Origin: Escherichia phage UPEC01
DNA: 64,000 nucleotides
Sequence record: MW233709
Direction: 5' to 3' (one strand)
In this document: positions 53,841-61,312 of the stretch, piece by piece
Layout of the letters: every line of letters starts with the position of its first letter
How positions within the stretch are numbered: the first letter of the stretch is position 1
The notes under the pieces: model-generated
Database searches by the model: none
The model's input: the letters and a program-made list of their open reading frames with translations, nothing else
What the model was told of the DNA's origin: nothing
Made by a program: the position numbers and the translations under genes

Positions 53841-54113
53841 ATGAAAACTTTCAATGAATTTTTCAACGAGTCACAACTGAATGAAGAAGTAAAAATTAGT
53901 AAAGCAGTCAAATCTATGATTGACAATATCAATCACCTGTATAGCATTGACTTGACTGACCATATAACAATTGGTAACAAACGCAACTTTTTCGCGTTTG
54001 ACATTTCAGAACTTGACCAGAACCAAATTAATAACATTGAGCGTTTTGCCAATGACAAGGGTCTCCGTCATGAGACAGCTGGTTATAAAAAATATGCAAT
54101 TTATCTAAAATAG
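53841..54113 (+). CDS. internal-protein-like gene 2 (leader MKTFNEFFNE)
   Basis: 90 aa; leader-like N-terminus; 8-nt spacing from previous gene; body unrelated to neighbours. Confidence 0.6.
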   Translation: MKTFNEFFNESQLNEEVKISKAVKSMIDNINHLYSIDLTDHITIGNKRNFFAFDISELDQNQINNIERFANDKGLRHETAGYKKYAIYLK

Positions 54114-54121
54114 GATTTCAA

Positions 54122-54421
54122 ATGCAAACTTTTCATGAATTTTTGGTAGAAAACAATTACCTGGCAGAAGCAAAAACCTGGCCTCTGGGTCTTCAGAAGA
54201 AAAACACCTACAAATGGGTTGACTTCAAAGGTAAAGGCGACGCTGAAGACTTTGACCAGCTGCGTAAAAATGGTTATACCTTCCTTGACTCTAACTATAA
54301 CAAAATTACCTCTTTTAGTCAGAAGTCAAGCATTGCCTTCATTGAAACTGGTAAGAACTCTCCTAAAGATATCACTGACGACTTCACCGCTTATGGTGTA
54401 ATTCGTGGTTCAAAAATGTAA
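54122..54421 (+). CDS. internal-protein-like gene 3 (leader MQTFHEFLVE)
   Basis: 99 aa; leader-like N-terminus; 8-nt spacing from previous gene. Confidence 0.6.
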   Translation: MQTFHEFLVENNYLAEAKTWPLGLQKKNTYKWVDFKGKGDAEDFDQLRKNGYTFLDSNYNKITSFSQKSSIAFIETGKNSPKDITDDFTAYGVIRGSKM

Positions 54422-54458
54422 TGTACACGATGGGATAGTTGCAGTATAATTATCCCAT
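54422..54458 (+). promoter_or_regulatory. early promoter / stem-loop cassette A (TGTACA, 17 nt, TATAAT; inverted repeat ATGGGATA/TATCCCAT)
   Basis: -10 hexamer lies between the two 8-bp arms; followed by CAACTACTGGAG (RBS) and ATG 54477. Confidence 0.55.
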
Positions 54459-54476
54459 CAACTACTGGAGCTACTA

Positions 54477-54755
54477 ATGAAAACTTATCAAGAATTTATT
54501 AACGAATCAATTAGTCACCCGGATATGCTGGAAGACCTGAAAGGACATCTGATGGTTAAGGCCAAACCGGTTGATGGTGGCGCATTTGAGTTGTTTCTTG
54601 TTAAAGGCGAAAACGGTCCTGATAACAAGAAAGTTTCAGCAATGATGTTGACTAAAGGTTACAAAGTCAGTTCTTCCTGGAATGCTCCATTCACTTACGC
54701 GGTAAGCCCTCGTGAACTGAAAAAAGTTAAAGCTGGACAATATACAAAAATTTAG
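54477..54755 (+). CDS. internal-protein-like gene 4 (leader MKTYQEFINE)
   Basis: 92 aa; leader-like N-terminus; own early promoter/stem-loop cassette upstream. Confidence 0.6.
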   Translation: MKTYQEFINESISHPDMLEDLKGHLMVKAKPVDGGAFELFLVKGENGPDNKKVSAMMLTKGYKVSSSWNAPFTYAVSPRELKKVKAGQYTKI

Positions 54756-54793
54756 TGTACGTGATGGGATAACTGTAGTATGATTATCTCATC
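54755..54793 (+). promoter_or_regulatory. early promoter / stem-loop cassette B (GTGTAC, TATGAT; ATGGGATA/TATCTCAT)
   Basis: Near-identical to cassette A with one arm mismatch; precedes ATG 54810. Confidence 0.5.
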
Positions 54794-54809
54794 AACTACT
54801 GGAGACCAC

Positions 54810-55064
54810 ATGAAAACTTATCAAGAATTTATTACTGAATCTGCAAATGCAAAAGTTGAGTTTGCTTATGTTGGTTCGCCGCGTGGCAGTTTTTCCAATG
54901 AGGAATTCCGTCGTTCACTGGACAATTTCATGCAGTTAAGTGCTGAAGTATCGCATGATGGTCGTTATGACATCGTTACTATTAGCGGTTCTGAAGACCT
55001 TATCAAAAAGTGGCACAAGCAGAAAGATGTTGAGATGCGTTACTATCGTATCCCTAAAAAATAA
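54810..55064 (+). CDS. internal-protein-like gene 5 (leader MKTYQEFITE; possibly IPI-like)
   Basis: 85 aa from ATG 54810 (GGAG RBS); leader-like N-terminus; own promoter cassette; size similar to T4 IPI (95 aa). Confidence 0.6.
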   Translation: MKTYQEFITESANAKVEFAYVGSPRGSFSNEEFRRSLDNFMQLSAEVSHDGRYDIVTISGSEDLIKKWHKQKDVEMRYYRIPKK

Positions 55065-55101
55065 GTGTACTTTTAAATGGGATAGTGTATGATTATCCCA
55101 T
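55065..55101 (+). promoter_or_regulatory. early promoter / stem-loop cassette C (GTGTAC, 17 nt, TATGAT; ATGGGATA/TATCCCAT)
   Basis: Same cassette as A; precedes ATG 55122. Confidence 0.55.
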
Positions 55102-55121
55102 CAACTACTGAGGAGAATAAA

Positions 55122-55307
55122 ATGAAACGTTGCGAATTAATTAGAAATGTTACTGCCCTTGTTGCTGTTACCACTTTTGGTTTTAGCATGTTTGCTGGCT
55201 TTATGTTGAATATGCTTTCAACTTCTGAGAATATAATCTCTTTAGTAGTTGCATTTTTAATTGGTTCAATCTCTTTCGTTATGGATAAAATCTCTAAAGG
55301 TGAGTAA
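55122..55307 (+). CDS. small hydrophobic membrane protein
   Basis: 61 aa from ATG 55122 (GAGGAG RBS); two hydrophobic helices (VTALVAVTTFGFSMFAGFML, IISLVVAFLIGSISFV). Confidence 0.5.
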   Translation: MKRCELIRNVTALVAVTTFGFSMFAGFMLNMLSTSENIISLVVAFLIGSISFVMDKISKGE

Positions 55308-55308
55308 A

Positions 55309-55698
55309 ATGTATAAAGTGTATGCGGATTATCAGGCAAATCCATCTGAAAAACCAGATTGTCAAATTGGGTGGGCGCATGACACCCTGCTTGAAGCGGT
55401 AGACGAAGCTCAAAAATTAGGGTATAGTTATGTAGATATTGTTCAACCAAATGGAACAGTTATTACACTTGAAGAATTCAAGAATATCAAAACAAACTTT
55501 TTGCTTTTTGCAGGTGATAGCTATTATCCTCGTGGCGGTTATGCTGACTTAATCGCAAAGGCTGCGACTGAAGATGAACTGCGTGATATCATTAAAGAAA
55601 ACGAGAAGAAGCCTTGTTATGGTTCCAACCGTTTTGACTGGTGGCAGATTGTTAATGCCAATACGCATACTATTGTTGATGAAGGAACATGCGAATGA
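55309..55698 (+). CDS. hypothetical protein
   Basis: 129 aa from ATG 55309 immediately after previous stop; GGTGAG RBS. Confidence 0.55.
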   Translation: MYKVYADYQANPSEKPDCQIGWAHDTLLEAVDEAQKLGYSYVDIVQPNGTVITLEEFKNIKTNFLLFAGDSYYPRGGYADLIAKAATEDELRDIIKENEKKPCYGSNRFDWWQIVNANTHTIVDEGTCE

Positions 55699-56171
55699 AT
55701 ATCAAATTTGGTCAGACCATCCCTAAAGGTTATGTGATTGAAATTGAAACCTGGGAAAATGATGGTGACAACTATAAAACCCAAACGGTATTTGGCGTAG
55801 AAGAACAAGAAATCCAGCAGTACAAATATATCCTGGAACTTTTCCATGGTTCGCATTGCAACAACCGCAACAAATGTGGTAATTCAGAATGGGATGTGGT
55901 TAAACACTTGGTTATCGCCCACATTGCATCTGGCGTAAAATCTGGCCAGTTGACTTATGAATTTTTGGATAAAGTTCTTGGTATCCAAGACTTAGAAGCC
56001 TTGCTGAATGATGATGAAGAAGCATACTATTTGAATGAAGCCCTTACTGAGCTCCTTGGTATGGCTTGCGAATATGATGGCGATTTCATGCGTGTAATTT
56101 CTTATGTTAAGCTATATATAATCGAAGAAGAAATCCGAATCCCATCTGTTAAAGGGCTTGATATGCTTTAA
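55695..56171 (+). CDS. hypothetical protein
   Basis: 158 aa; ATGA coupling with previous gene; GAAGGAA RBS. Confidence 0.55.
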   Translation: MNIKFGQTIPKGYVIEIETWENDGDNYKTQTVFGVEEQEIQQYKYILELFHGSHCNNRNKCGNSEWDVVKHLVIAHIASGVKSGQLTYEFLDKVLGIQDLEALLNDDEEAYYLNEALTELLGMACEYDGDFMRVISYVKLYIIEEEIRIPSVKGLDML

Positions 56172-56291
56172 CAAAAACGCGTTATTATTAATAAGTACCC
56201 TCTATTACCAAAGGTTCTTCCCTCAAAGAATCTTTCATAATAGCATGTGCTATTAATCAAACTTACTTTACTTAATTTTACTTGAGGTGTT

Positions 56292-56561
56292 ATGTTAGTA
56301 TTAAAATTAGCTTTTTACGACCCTAAAACAAAGACAACCACTACCAAACGTTGCTCTATTTCGTATGAGTGTCAATTTGGTGAAATTCAGCATCCAACAG
56401 GCGAAACCTTTATGTCAATTGGTTGTTCAACATTCAATAAAGTCAAATTAATCCCGTTGGTTAATACGGCGGCTTATCTGGTTGCTCCAGAAGAAATGAC
56501 TTATCATACAATTCAGCATATGGTTAAAGATGATAATGCTCCTGCTGGATTTGTAATTTAA
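56292..56561 (+). CDS. hypothetical protein
   Basis: 89-aa ORF with GAGGTG RBS; ends 5 nt before the first tRNA. Confidence 0.5.
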   Translation: MLVLKLAFYDPKTKTTTTKRCSISYECQFGEIQHPTGETFMSIGCSTFNKVKLIPLVNTAAYLVAPEEMTYHTIQHMVKDDNAPAGFVI

Positions 56562-56566
56562 TTTTA

Positions 56567-56640
56567 GGCCCTGTAGCTCAATTGGTTAGAGCATCCGGCT
56601 CATAACTGGCAGGTTTCCGGTTCAAGTCCGGATGGGGCCA
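56567..56640 (+). tRNA. tRNA with CAU anticodon (Met or lysidine-type Ile)
   Basis: Cloverleaf by hand: acceptor GGCCCTG/TGGGGCC, D-arm GCTC-AATTGGTTA-GAGC, anticodon loop CTCATAA (one U-C mismatch in stem), T-arm TCCGG-TTCAAGT-CCGGA; T4 itself carries a CAU tRNA-Ile. Confidence 0.8.
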
Positions 56641-56642
56641 CC

Positions 56643-56719
56643 CGGGGTGTAGCTCAATTGTATAGAGCAACGGTCTTCTAAACCGTAGGTTGTGGGTTAG
56701 AATCCCACCACCCCGACCA
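56643..56719 (+). tRNA. tRNA-Arg (anticodon UCU), CCA encoded
   Basis: Acceptor CGGGGTG/CACCCCG, D-arm GCTC...GAGC, anticodon stem ACGGT/ACCGT with loop CTTCTAA, T-arm GTGGG-TTAGAAT-CCCAC, then A-CCA; T4 encodes tRNA-Arg(UCU). Confidence 0.85.
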
Positions 56720-56734
56720 ATTACTGAGGATATT

Positions 56735-56974
56735 ATGGTTATTAGTGAATCATATGCAGTTATGGATATAACCAGCAACGAGCTGGTTTATAGCTTTGAT
56801 GAGTTTGACGAAAATGATAAACAAGTCCCATGGTTTGCATTAACTGCTCCACCTGAACATAATAAATATCTAAGTTTCCCGACTCGCAGACTAGCAACAA
56901 ATTTTATGGAATTCAATGACCTTGATTCCAATTATAAGGTTGTTAAAGTCAAATTAGCTATTACAATTGAATGA
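56735..56974 (+). CDS. hypothetical protein
   Basis: 79 aa from ATG 56735 (GAGGA RBS); the longer track ORF (56690) would overlap tRNA-Arg. Confidence 0.45.
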   Translation: MVISESYAVMDITSNELVYSFDEFDENDKQVPWFALTAPPEHNKYLSFPTRRLATNFMEFNDLDSNYKVVKVKLAITIE

Positions 56975-57164
56975 GAAGCCGGGTCGCTACCGGTAAGTCG
57001 TCGGGGCCTGTTCCCTGGGGTATTGTTCCTCCCACAGTTTTCTGTGTTCTGGTTCTTTACTATCACATCAGGCACGGCGCACCTTTTACGGAGTTTTTCC
57101 AGAGCGGGCGGTGCGCCCGGTAGTATGAGAAATCCGAGCGGATGGTGCATCCGGTACTATGGAA
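56975..57164 (+). ncRNA. candidate small stable structured RNA (cf. T4 species 1/2 RNAs next to the tRNA genes); speculative
   Basis: About 190-nt non-coding, unusually GC-rich segment directly after the tRNAs, with several stable stems (e.g. GGCGCACC...GGTGCGCC, CGGATG-gtg-CATCCG). Confidence 0.25.
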
Positions 57165-57172
57165 TATAAATA
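57165..57172 (+). promoter_or_regulatory. late promoter TATAAATA (leader-bearing ORF 57204)
   Basis: Octamer 31 nt upstream of ATG 57204. Confidence 0.6.
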
Positions 57173-57203
57173 TTAACAACAACCCTAATAATGGAAAAAC
57201 AAA

Positions 57204-57587
57204 ATGCTTACATATGCAGAATTTTTAAATCGCAATACCATCACCGAATCCGTACTGACTGAAGCTGGCAAATTTTCTTTAGTGGCTCCAGAAAAAGCCG
57301 GCGTTTCAATTGGTGACCGTGTTATGTTCAAGAAACCAGTTAATGGCGTTTCTTGGGGTATCGTAACTGGGTTTGGTATCAAAGCTAAAGATGTTAAAAA
57401 CGCCGCCGCGCCAGGTGCTAAACTAGCCGGTTCCAAAGTTTCAACTTATATGGTTCGTCCTAAACAGTCTCCAGGTAATGGTGCCGCTGACTGGGTTGGT
57501 GCTCCAATCGAAATCGCTCGTGATAAATTCTTGAACATCACTGACCGTGCCAACGAACGCGCTGCAATGGCATTCGCTCGCGGATAA
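57204..57587 (+). CDS. internal-protein-like late gene (leader-like MLTYAEFLNRNTITE)
   Basis: 127 aa; N-terminus resembles the capsid-targeting leader with an ITE motif; late promoter TATAAATA 31 nt upstream; terminator downstream. Confidence 0.55.
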   Translation: MLTYAEFLNRNTITESVLTEAGKFSLVAPEKAGVSIGDRVMFKKPVNGVSWGIVTGFGIKAKDVKNAAAPGAKLAGSKVSTYMVRPKQSPGNGAADWVGAPIEIARDKFLNITDRANERAAMAFARG

Positions 57588-57623
57588 GAACACTTGCCTT
57601 GCAGGTGGAACCCCGACAAGGTA

Positions 57624-57652
57624 TAGCCCCTTCCGAAAGGTTGGGGCTTTTT
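57624..57652 (+). terminator. rho-independent terminator after ORF 57204
   Basis: GCCCCttCCgaaaGGttGGGGC followed by T6. Confidence 0.7.
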
Positions 57653-57676
57653 TATAAATCAACTAAAGAGAAACGT

Positions 57677-58231
57677 ATGAAACTGTTAAAATATTTGAGT
57701 TGGATTCTGTTAGTTCCGCTGGATTTTATCTCCATGATTCTGGCCGTTATCCTGGCTCCATTTGTAGTTCCGTTCCATAATAAAAAGACTGGTAAACTTC
57801 CGTTCGGGTTTGATTGGATGATGACTTATGATAATCCGATTGATGGTGACCGTGGTCATATCAAACGTTGGTCAAAAATCCGAAAATGGCCATTAGGTGT
57901 TTACTTCCAACGAGTAGCCTGGCTCTGGCGAAACAAAGCATACAATTTTGCTTACCACAAGCTCGGTCGTGATTGCAATTCAGAATTCCATTATAAAGGT
58001 AATCCTGATGTTGAATCTGGTTCCCCAGATAAAGCTCATCATGGATGGCTCTTTATGTGGACGGACAATGCCTGGGGTGTTTTTGCTTCTGTTCCTTATC
58101 TTAAGGTCGGTGGAATCACCTTTTATCTGCGTGTTTATTGTGGCTGGAAGCTCAAGAGCCTTCTGTCCCGACCCATCCCTAAGGCTATGCTCGCCTTTCA
58201 TATAAATCCGTTCCGCTTTTATAAGAACTAA
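57677..58231 (+). CDS. hypothetical membrane-anchored protein
   Basis: 184 aa from ATG 57677; N-terminal hydrophobic helix LLKYLSWILLVPLDFISMILAVILAPFVVPF; terminator downstream. Confidence 0.5.
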   Translation: MKLLKYLSWILLVPLDFISMILAVILAPFVVPFHNKKTGKLPFGFDWMMTYDNPIDGDRGHIKRWSKIRKWPLGVYFQRVAWLWRNKAYNFAYHKLGRDCNSEFHYKGNPDVESGSPDKAHHGWLFMWTDNAWGVFASVPYLKVGGITFYLRVYCGWKLKSLLSRPIPKAMLAFHINPFRFYKN

Positions 58232-58255
58232 CAGCCCGCATTGCGGGCTTTTTTA
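58232..58255 (+). terminator. rho-independent terminator after ORF 57677
   Basis: GCCCGC-att-GCGGGC followed by T6. Confidence 0.8.
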
Positions 58256-58291
58256 TACCCCGAATAAATTTGAAATTTTCTTCAAAAAGTA

Positions 58292-58340
58292 GTGTACATC
58301 CAAATTGTCTGGGTGCATAATGATTCCATACTGAGTTACA
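58292..58340 (+). promoter_or_regulatory. early promoter cassette E (GTGTAC, 18 nt, CATAAT, then leader GATTCCATACTGAGTTACA)
   Basis: Upstream of ATG 58373; leader shared with cassettes at 20758 and 59361. Confidence 0.5.
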
Positions 58341-58372
58341 CACTGAATCAAACAAAACTTTGGAGAAATAAA

Positions 58373-58798
58373 ATGAACTTTCTGACCCTGACCTCTGCAT
58401 TCTCTGTTACCCGCATCACTAACAAAATGGTTGCTGACGAAGTATGTGAAATCTGCATTCGTGAAGATGCACTTATCCATCTGACTTCAACCCAGATTGT
58501 TGCCATTGCCAAGTCCCTTAATTCTGAACTGAAGGTAAACACCAAACAGTCAAAAGAATCTATCATTGAATTAATCCAAGCTGAAATGATTGAATTCCCA
58601 ATTGAAGAAGTTAAAGAAGAAAAAATCCAGTCCAAATCTGGTAACGCTCGTGACATTTGCTTCCAGGCATTTGCAGAAATTGATATGAATGATAATGCAG
58701 CTCGTCGCGCTCTGATTGATGTTCTGGTTACCACCCATGATATCAAAAAGACTGTTGTTCAGTCATATGCATCCAACTTCCGCAAAGCTCAAAAATAA
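58373..58798 (+). CDS. hypothetical protein, paralog A (shared C-terminal domain with 58882..59325)
   Basis: 141 aa; C-terminal ...NDNAARRALIDVLVTTHDIKKTVVQSYASNFRK; own early promoter (GTGTAC, 18 nt, CATAAT). Confidence 0.55.
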   Translation: MNFLTLTSAFSVTRITNKMVADEVCEICIREDALIHLTSTQIVAIAKSLNSELKVNTKQSKESIIELIQAEMIEFPIEEVKEEKIQSKSGNARDICFQAFAEIDMNDNAARRALIDVLVTTHDIKKTVVQSYASNFRKAQK

Positions 58799-58808
58799 TT
58801 GAGAAAAG

Positions 58809-58858
58809 TGTTTTACTTCCAGATGGGATAGTGTATAATTATCCCATACTGAGTTACC
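58809..58858 (+). promoter_or_regulatory. early promoter / stem-loop cassette D (GTTTTAC, TATAAT; ATGGGATA/TATCCCAT) fused to the ACTGAGTTACC leader
   Basis: Hybrid of the stem-loop cassette (A-C) and the CATACTGAGTTAC leader family; precedes ATG 58882. Confidence 0.5.
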
Positions 58859-58881
58859 AAATAAACAAACGGGAAAATAAA

Positions 58882-59325
58882 ATGAAAACTTCAAAACTGG
58901 TTAAGTATGTTAAACTGGCATTAAACAACTCTTCTGAAGCTGAAGCACAATCCGCAGCACGTATGTTCTTCAAACGTCTGACAGCTGAAGGTATTTCATT
59001 TAACCCGGCAGTATTTGGTATCACTCGTGGCGAAGCTGCTAAACTGGCAACTCTGGCAGGTAAAATTTTTAAAGGTCTGAATGATGGACAGGTTAAACCA
59101 GAAGTTAAACCTACTCCTAAAGCTGAACCAAAAGCTGAACGTAAGGCACCTAAACGCTCCGGTATGAGCAACAAAGATTTATGCTATGATATGTTCAAAA
59201 CTGTTAATATGTCTAATGGTGCTGCTCGCAGAGCTGTTATTGATATGATTGTGCGTGAGTTTGGATTCAACAAAGCATCAGTTCAGTCTTATGCTTCCAA
59301 CTTCCGCAAAGAATTTGAAATTTAA
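58882..59325 (+). CDS. hypothetical protein, paralog B (shared C-terminal domain with 58373..58798)
   Basis: 147 aa; C-terminal ...SNGAARRAVIDMIVREFGFNKASVQSYASNFRK; own promoter/stem-loop cassette. Confidence 0.55.
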   Translation: MKTSKLVKYVKLALNNSSEAEAQSAARMFFKRLTAEGISFNPAVFGITRGEAAKLATLAGKIFKGLNDGQVKPEVKPTPKAEPKAERKAPKRSGMSNKDLCYDMFKTVNMSNGAARRAVIDMIVREFGFNKASVQSYASNFRKEFEI

Positions 59326-59407
59326 TTAAAAAGGGGGTATACAAGCCCCCTGCTTTAAGGCATAATGATTCCATACTGAGTTACACAATAAAACACTGGA
59401 GAATAAA

Positions 59408-59713
59408 ATGAAATTCATCATCAACCTGGCGCTTGTTGACTTTGATAAAACTGGTAATTTCGCATCTGCTGAAAATATGATTCGTAACACCAAGTTCAAA
59501 GTGCAAGTCCAACAGGCGGTAGCAAAAGAGTTCTTTACTGATAAATTAACTAACGTTGTTAATCACCTGAATGTGCAAGTTAAATTCACTCGTGAAGCGG
59601 AAACTACTGTTGCATTTGATTTTGACTGCCAATACCATGATGAATATGTTCGCCGCATCCTGGATATTGTGTCTGATGAACTTTATTATGGTGTGCAGGA
59701 AAACAAAATCTAA
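59408..59713 (+). CDS. hypothetical protein
   Basis: 101-aa ORF with GGAG RBS; preceded by the conserved leader CATAATGATTCCATACTGAGTTACA. Confidence 0.5.
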   Translation: MKFIINLALVDFDKTGNFASAENMIRNTKFKVQVQQAVAKEFFTDKLTNVVNHLNVQVKFTREAETTVAFDFDCQYHDEYVRRILDIVSDELYYGVQENKI

Positions 59714-59717
59714 ATTA

Positions 59718-59749
59718 GTGCTTTAATGGGAACATGATAGTATGTTCCC
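59718..59749 (+). promoter_or_regulatory. MotA-box middle promoter with -10 enclosed by inverted repeat GGGAACAT/ATGTTCCC
   Basis: TGCTTTA 59720-59726, 11-nt spacer, TAGTAT; 8-bp perfect inverted repeat with 6-nt loop; precedes ATG 59786. Confidence 0.45.
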
Positions 59750-59785
59750 TGGATAATAAAACTTTAACCATCTGAAGGAAATACC

Positions 59786-60379
59786 ATGAATACTTTAAAG
59801 AAACTTGTTGAATTCATCCGCTCCAAACTGGGTACTGCAATGGCACAAAACCTGTCTATTGAAGACCAGTATACTAAAGCTGCTTCTACCCTGATTGATA
59901 AGATTACTGAGCTCCAGACTGCCCATGTTAAGTCTGTTAATGAAGAAAAACGCATTCGCGAGTTAGCGAATGAAAAAGACCAGCTCGCTTCTTCTAAAGA
60001 ACGCGAAATTCGTAAACTGATTGCTGATGGTGCTGATGTCCAGGTCCATGCTAAACTGGGCCTCCTGTATCGTCGCACTGCTAAACAACTTCGTAAGAAG
60101 GCAGATGATTATGTTGAAATGCGTAATGAAATTAAATTGAAAGTTAAAGAGCTGGATGATTCTCGTCAGGAACTAGCTGTTAAACTGGAATATATCCGCG
60201 AAACCCGTAAGGTATCTGCCCTGGGTATTGCGACTGCAGATGATGTTGTTGAAATCGCTGCATTGACTAAGATTGATATTGAAGACACCCTGATGCGTGT
60301 TGAAACCTTCAAAGGTCCACAGGTTGGTGTGGATACCACGTCAGCTGACATTGAAGAATACATCAATTCACTTAAGTAA
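59786..60379 (+). CDS. hypothetical coiled-coil protein
   Basis: 197-aa ORF, charged heptad-like repeats; middle-promoter/stem-loop upstream and terminator downstream. Confidence 0.55.
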   Translation: MNTLKKLVEFIRSKLGTAMAQNLSIEDQYTKAASTLIDKITELQTAHVKSVNEEKRIRELANEKDQLASSKEREIRKLIADGADVQVHAKLGLLYRRTAKQLRKKADDYVEMRNEIKLKVKELDDSRQELAVKLEYIRETRKVSALGIATADDVVEIAALTKIDIEDTLMRVETFKGPQVGVDTTSADIEEYINSLK

Positions 60380-60382
60380 GAT

Positions 60383-60407
60383 AAAAGGGGGCTTTGCCCC
60401 CTTAATT
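60383..60407 (+). terminator. terminator-like hairpin after ORF 59786
   Basis: GGGGGC-ttt-GCCCCC followed by a short T-rich run. Confidence 0.55.
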
Positions 60408-60423
60408 GGGAGAGGAGAATATT

Positions 60424-60978
60424 ATGAGCTTATATACTGACCTTATATCAAATGTAGACTGGTTTGGTGGTAGTGGCCTTGCTACTGAAACTAATACAGT
60501 TCTTTATAGAATCCGTGGTGACTTGGGTTATTCCAATGATTTCTTAAGAAGAACAACAAGTCGCGGCGATACTACCAAATTGCCTTTTATTTTTGCTTTA
60601 GCTGAAGACCTTTCTTTCGCAGATGCCTTGGAAATTATTGACGTAAATCTGGGTATTCAACGAGTGGAATTCGCTGGACTACGTTATTCAGTATATGCTT
60701 TAAACGAGAGCAATGATTGCATACTTCTTAATATGGCAGATGATGATTACCATTTAGTATGTTATGTGGCGCTAGAAAATGGTGATGTATTTGGAATGGT
60801 TGACCGACGGCCAGCTTATACTGATATTAAAAATTATGATAAAGCTGAGCTTGCTATTTTGACTAATGAGTACACATTAGAATGTCATAAACAAAAACGT
60901 AAGCTTAATCGTTTTATTGCTGAATGTCGTGAATATGCTAAAGGGGTTCAAAATGCGAACGTTATATCTGCCAAGTAA
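60424..60978 (+). CDS. hypothetical protein
   Basis: 184 aa from ATG 60424 (GGAGAGGAG RBS). Confidence 0.5.
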   Translation: MSLYTDLISNVDWFGGSGLATETNTVLYRIRGDLGYSNDFLRRTTSRGDTTKLPFIFALAEDLSFADALEIIDVNLGIQRVEFAGLRYSVYALNESNDCILLNMADDDYHLVCYVALENGDVFGMVDRRPAYTDIKNYDKAELAILTNEYTLECHKQKRKLNRFIAECREYAKGVQNANVISAK

Positions 60979-61312
60979 ACCAGAAAAATTTGTATACGCA
61001 GACAAGATTGATAAAGACCTTATGCCTCCATTTGGAGCTTTGTCCATGTGCATCGTTGGGGTTATAATGATGGTGCTTTGTGGGGATATGAATATCATTA
61101 GTGTTGGAGTCGCCTGGTCACTAATAATTGCAGCACCTTTTATTACAGTCCTGAGCATGATATTGATAAATGTGTGGCATCAAAATCATATGAATAAAGG
61201 ATATCGTGGGCGAGTTAAAGAGTGGGAACAAAAATGCGTTTCCCTGCAAGAAGAGCACAAAATTAAATGTGCCGAAGAATTTATTAAGGAGGTTCGTAAT
61301 GGAACGGCCTAG
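60953..61312 (+). CDS. small membrane protein
   Basis: 119 aa from ATG 60953; two hydrophobic helices (ALSMCIVGVIMMVLCG, VAWSLIIAAPFITVLSMILINVW). Confidence 0.5.
   Translation: MRTLYLPSKPEKFVYADKIDKDLMPPFGALSMCIVGVIMMVLCGDMNIISVGVAWSLIIAAPFITVLSMILINVWHQNHMNKGYRGRVKEWEQKCVSLQEEHKIKCAEEFIKEVRNGTA

Noticed and set aside
53500-55064. Conserved N-termini of the small ORFs interpreted as secretion signal peptides
   Set aside because: The shared segment is charged (K/E/Q rich) with no hydrophobic core; it matches the T4 capsid-targeting leader instead.
56690-56734. Track ORF start at 56690 (TTG) overlapping the 3' end of tRNA-Arg
   Set aside because: Would require translation through the tRNA gene; the ATG at 56735 with a GAGGA RBS is the more plausible start.
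56975-57164. A third tRNA in the GC-rich region after the tRNA pair
   Set aside because: Could not fold a cloverleaf with acceptor/D/anticodon/T arms by hand; kept only as a low-confidence structured-RNA candidate.
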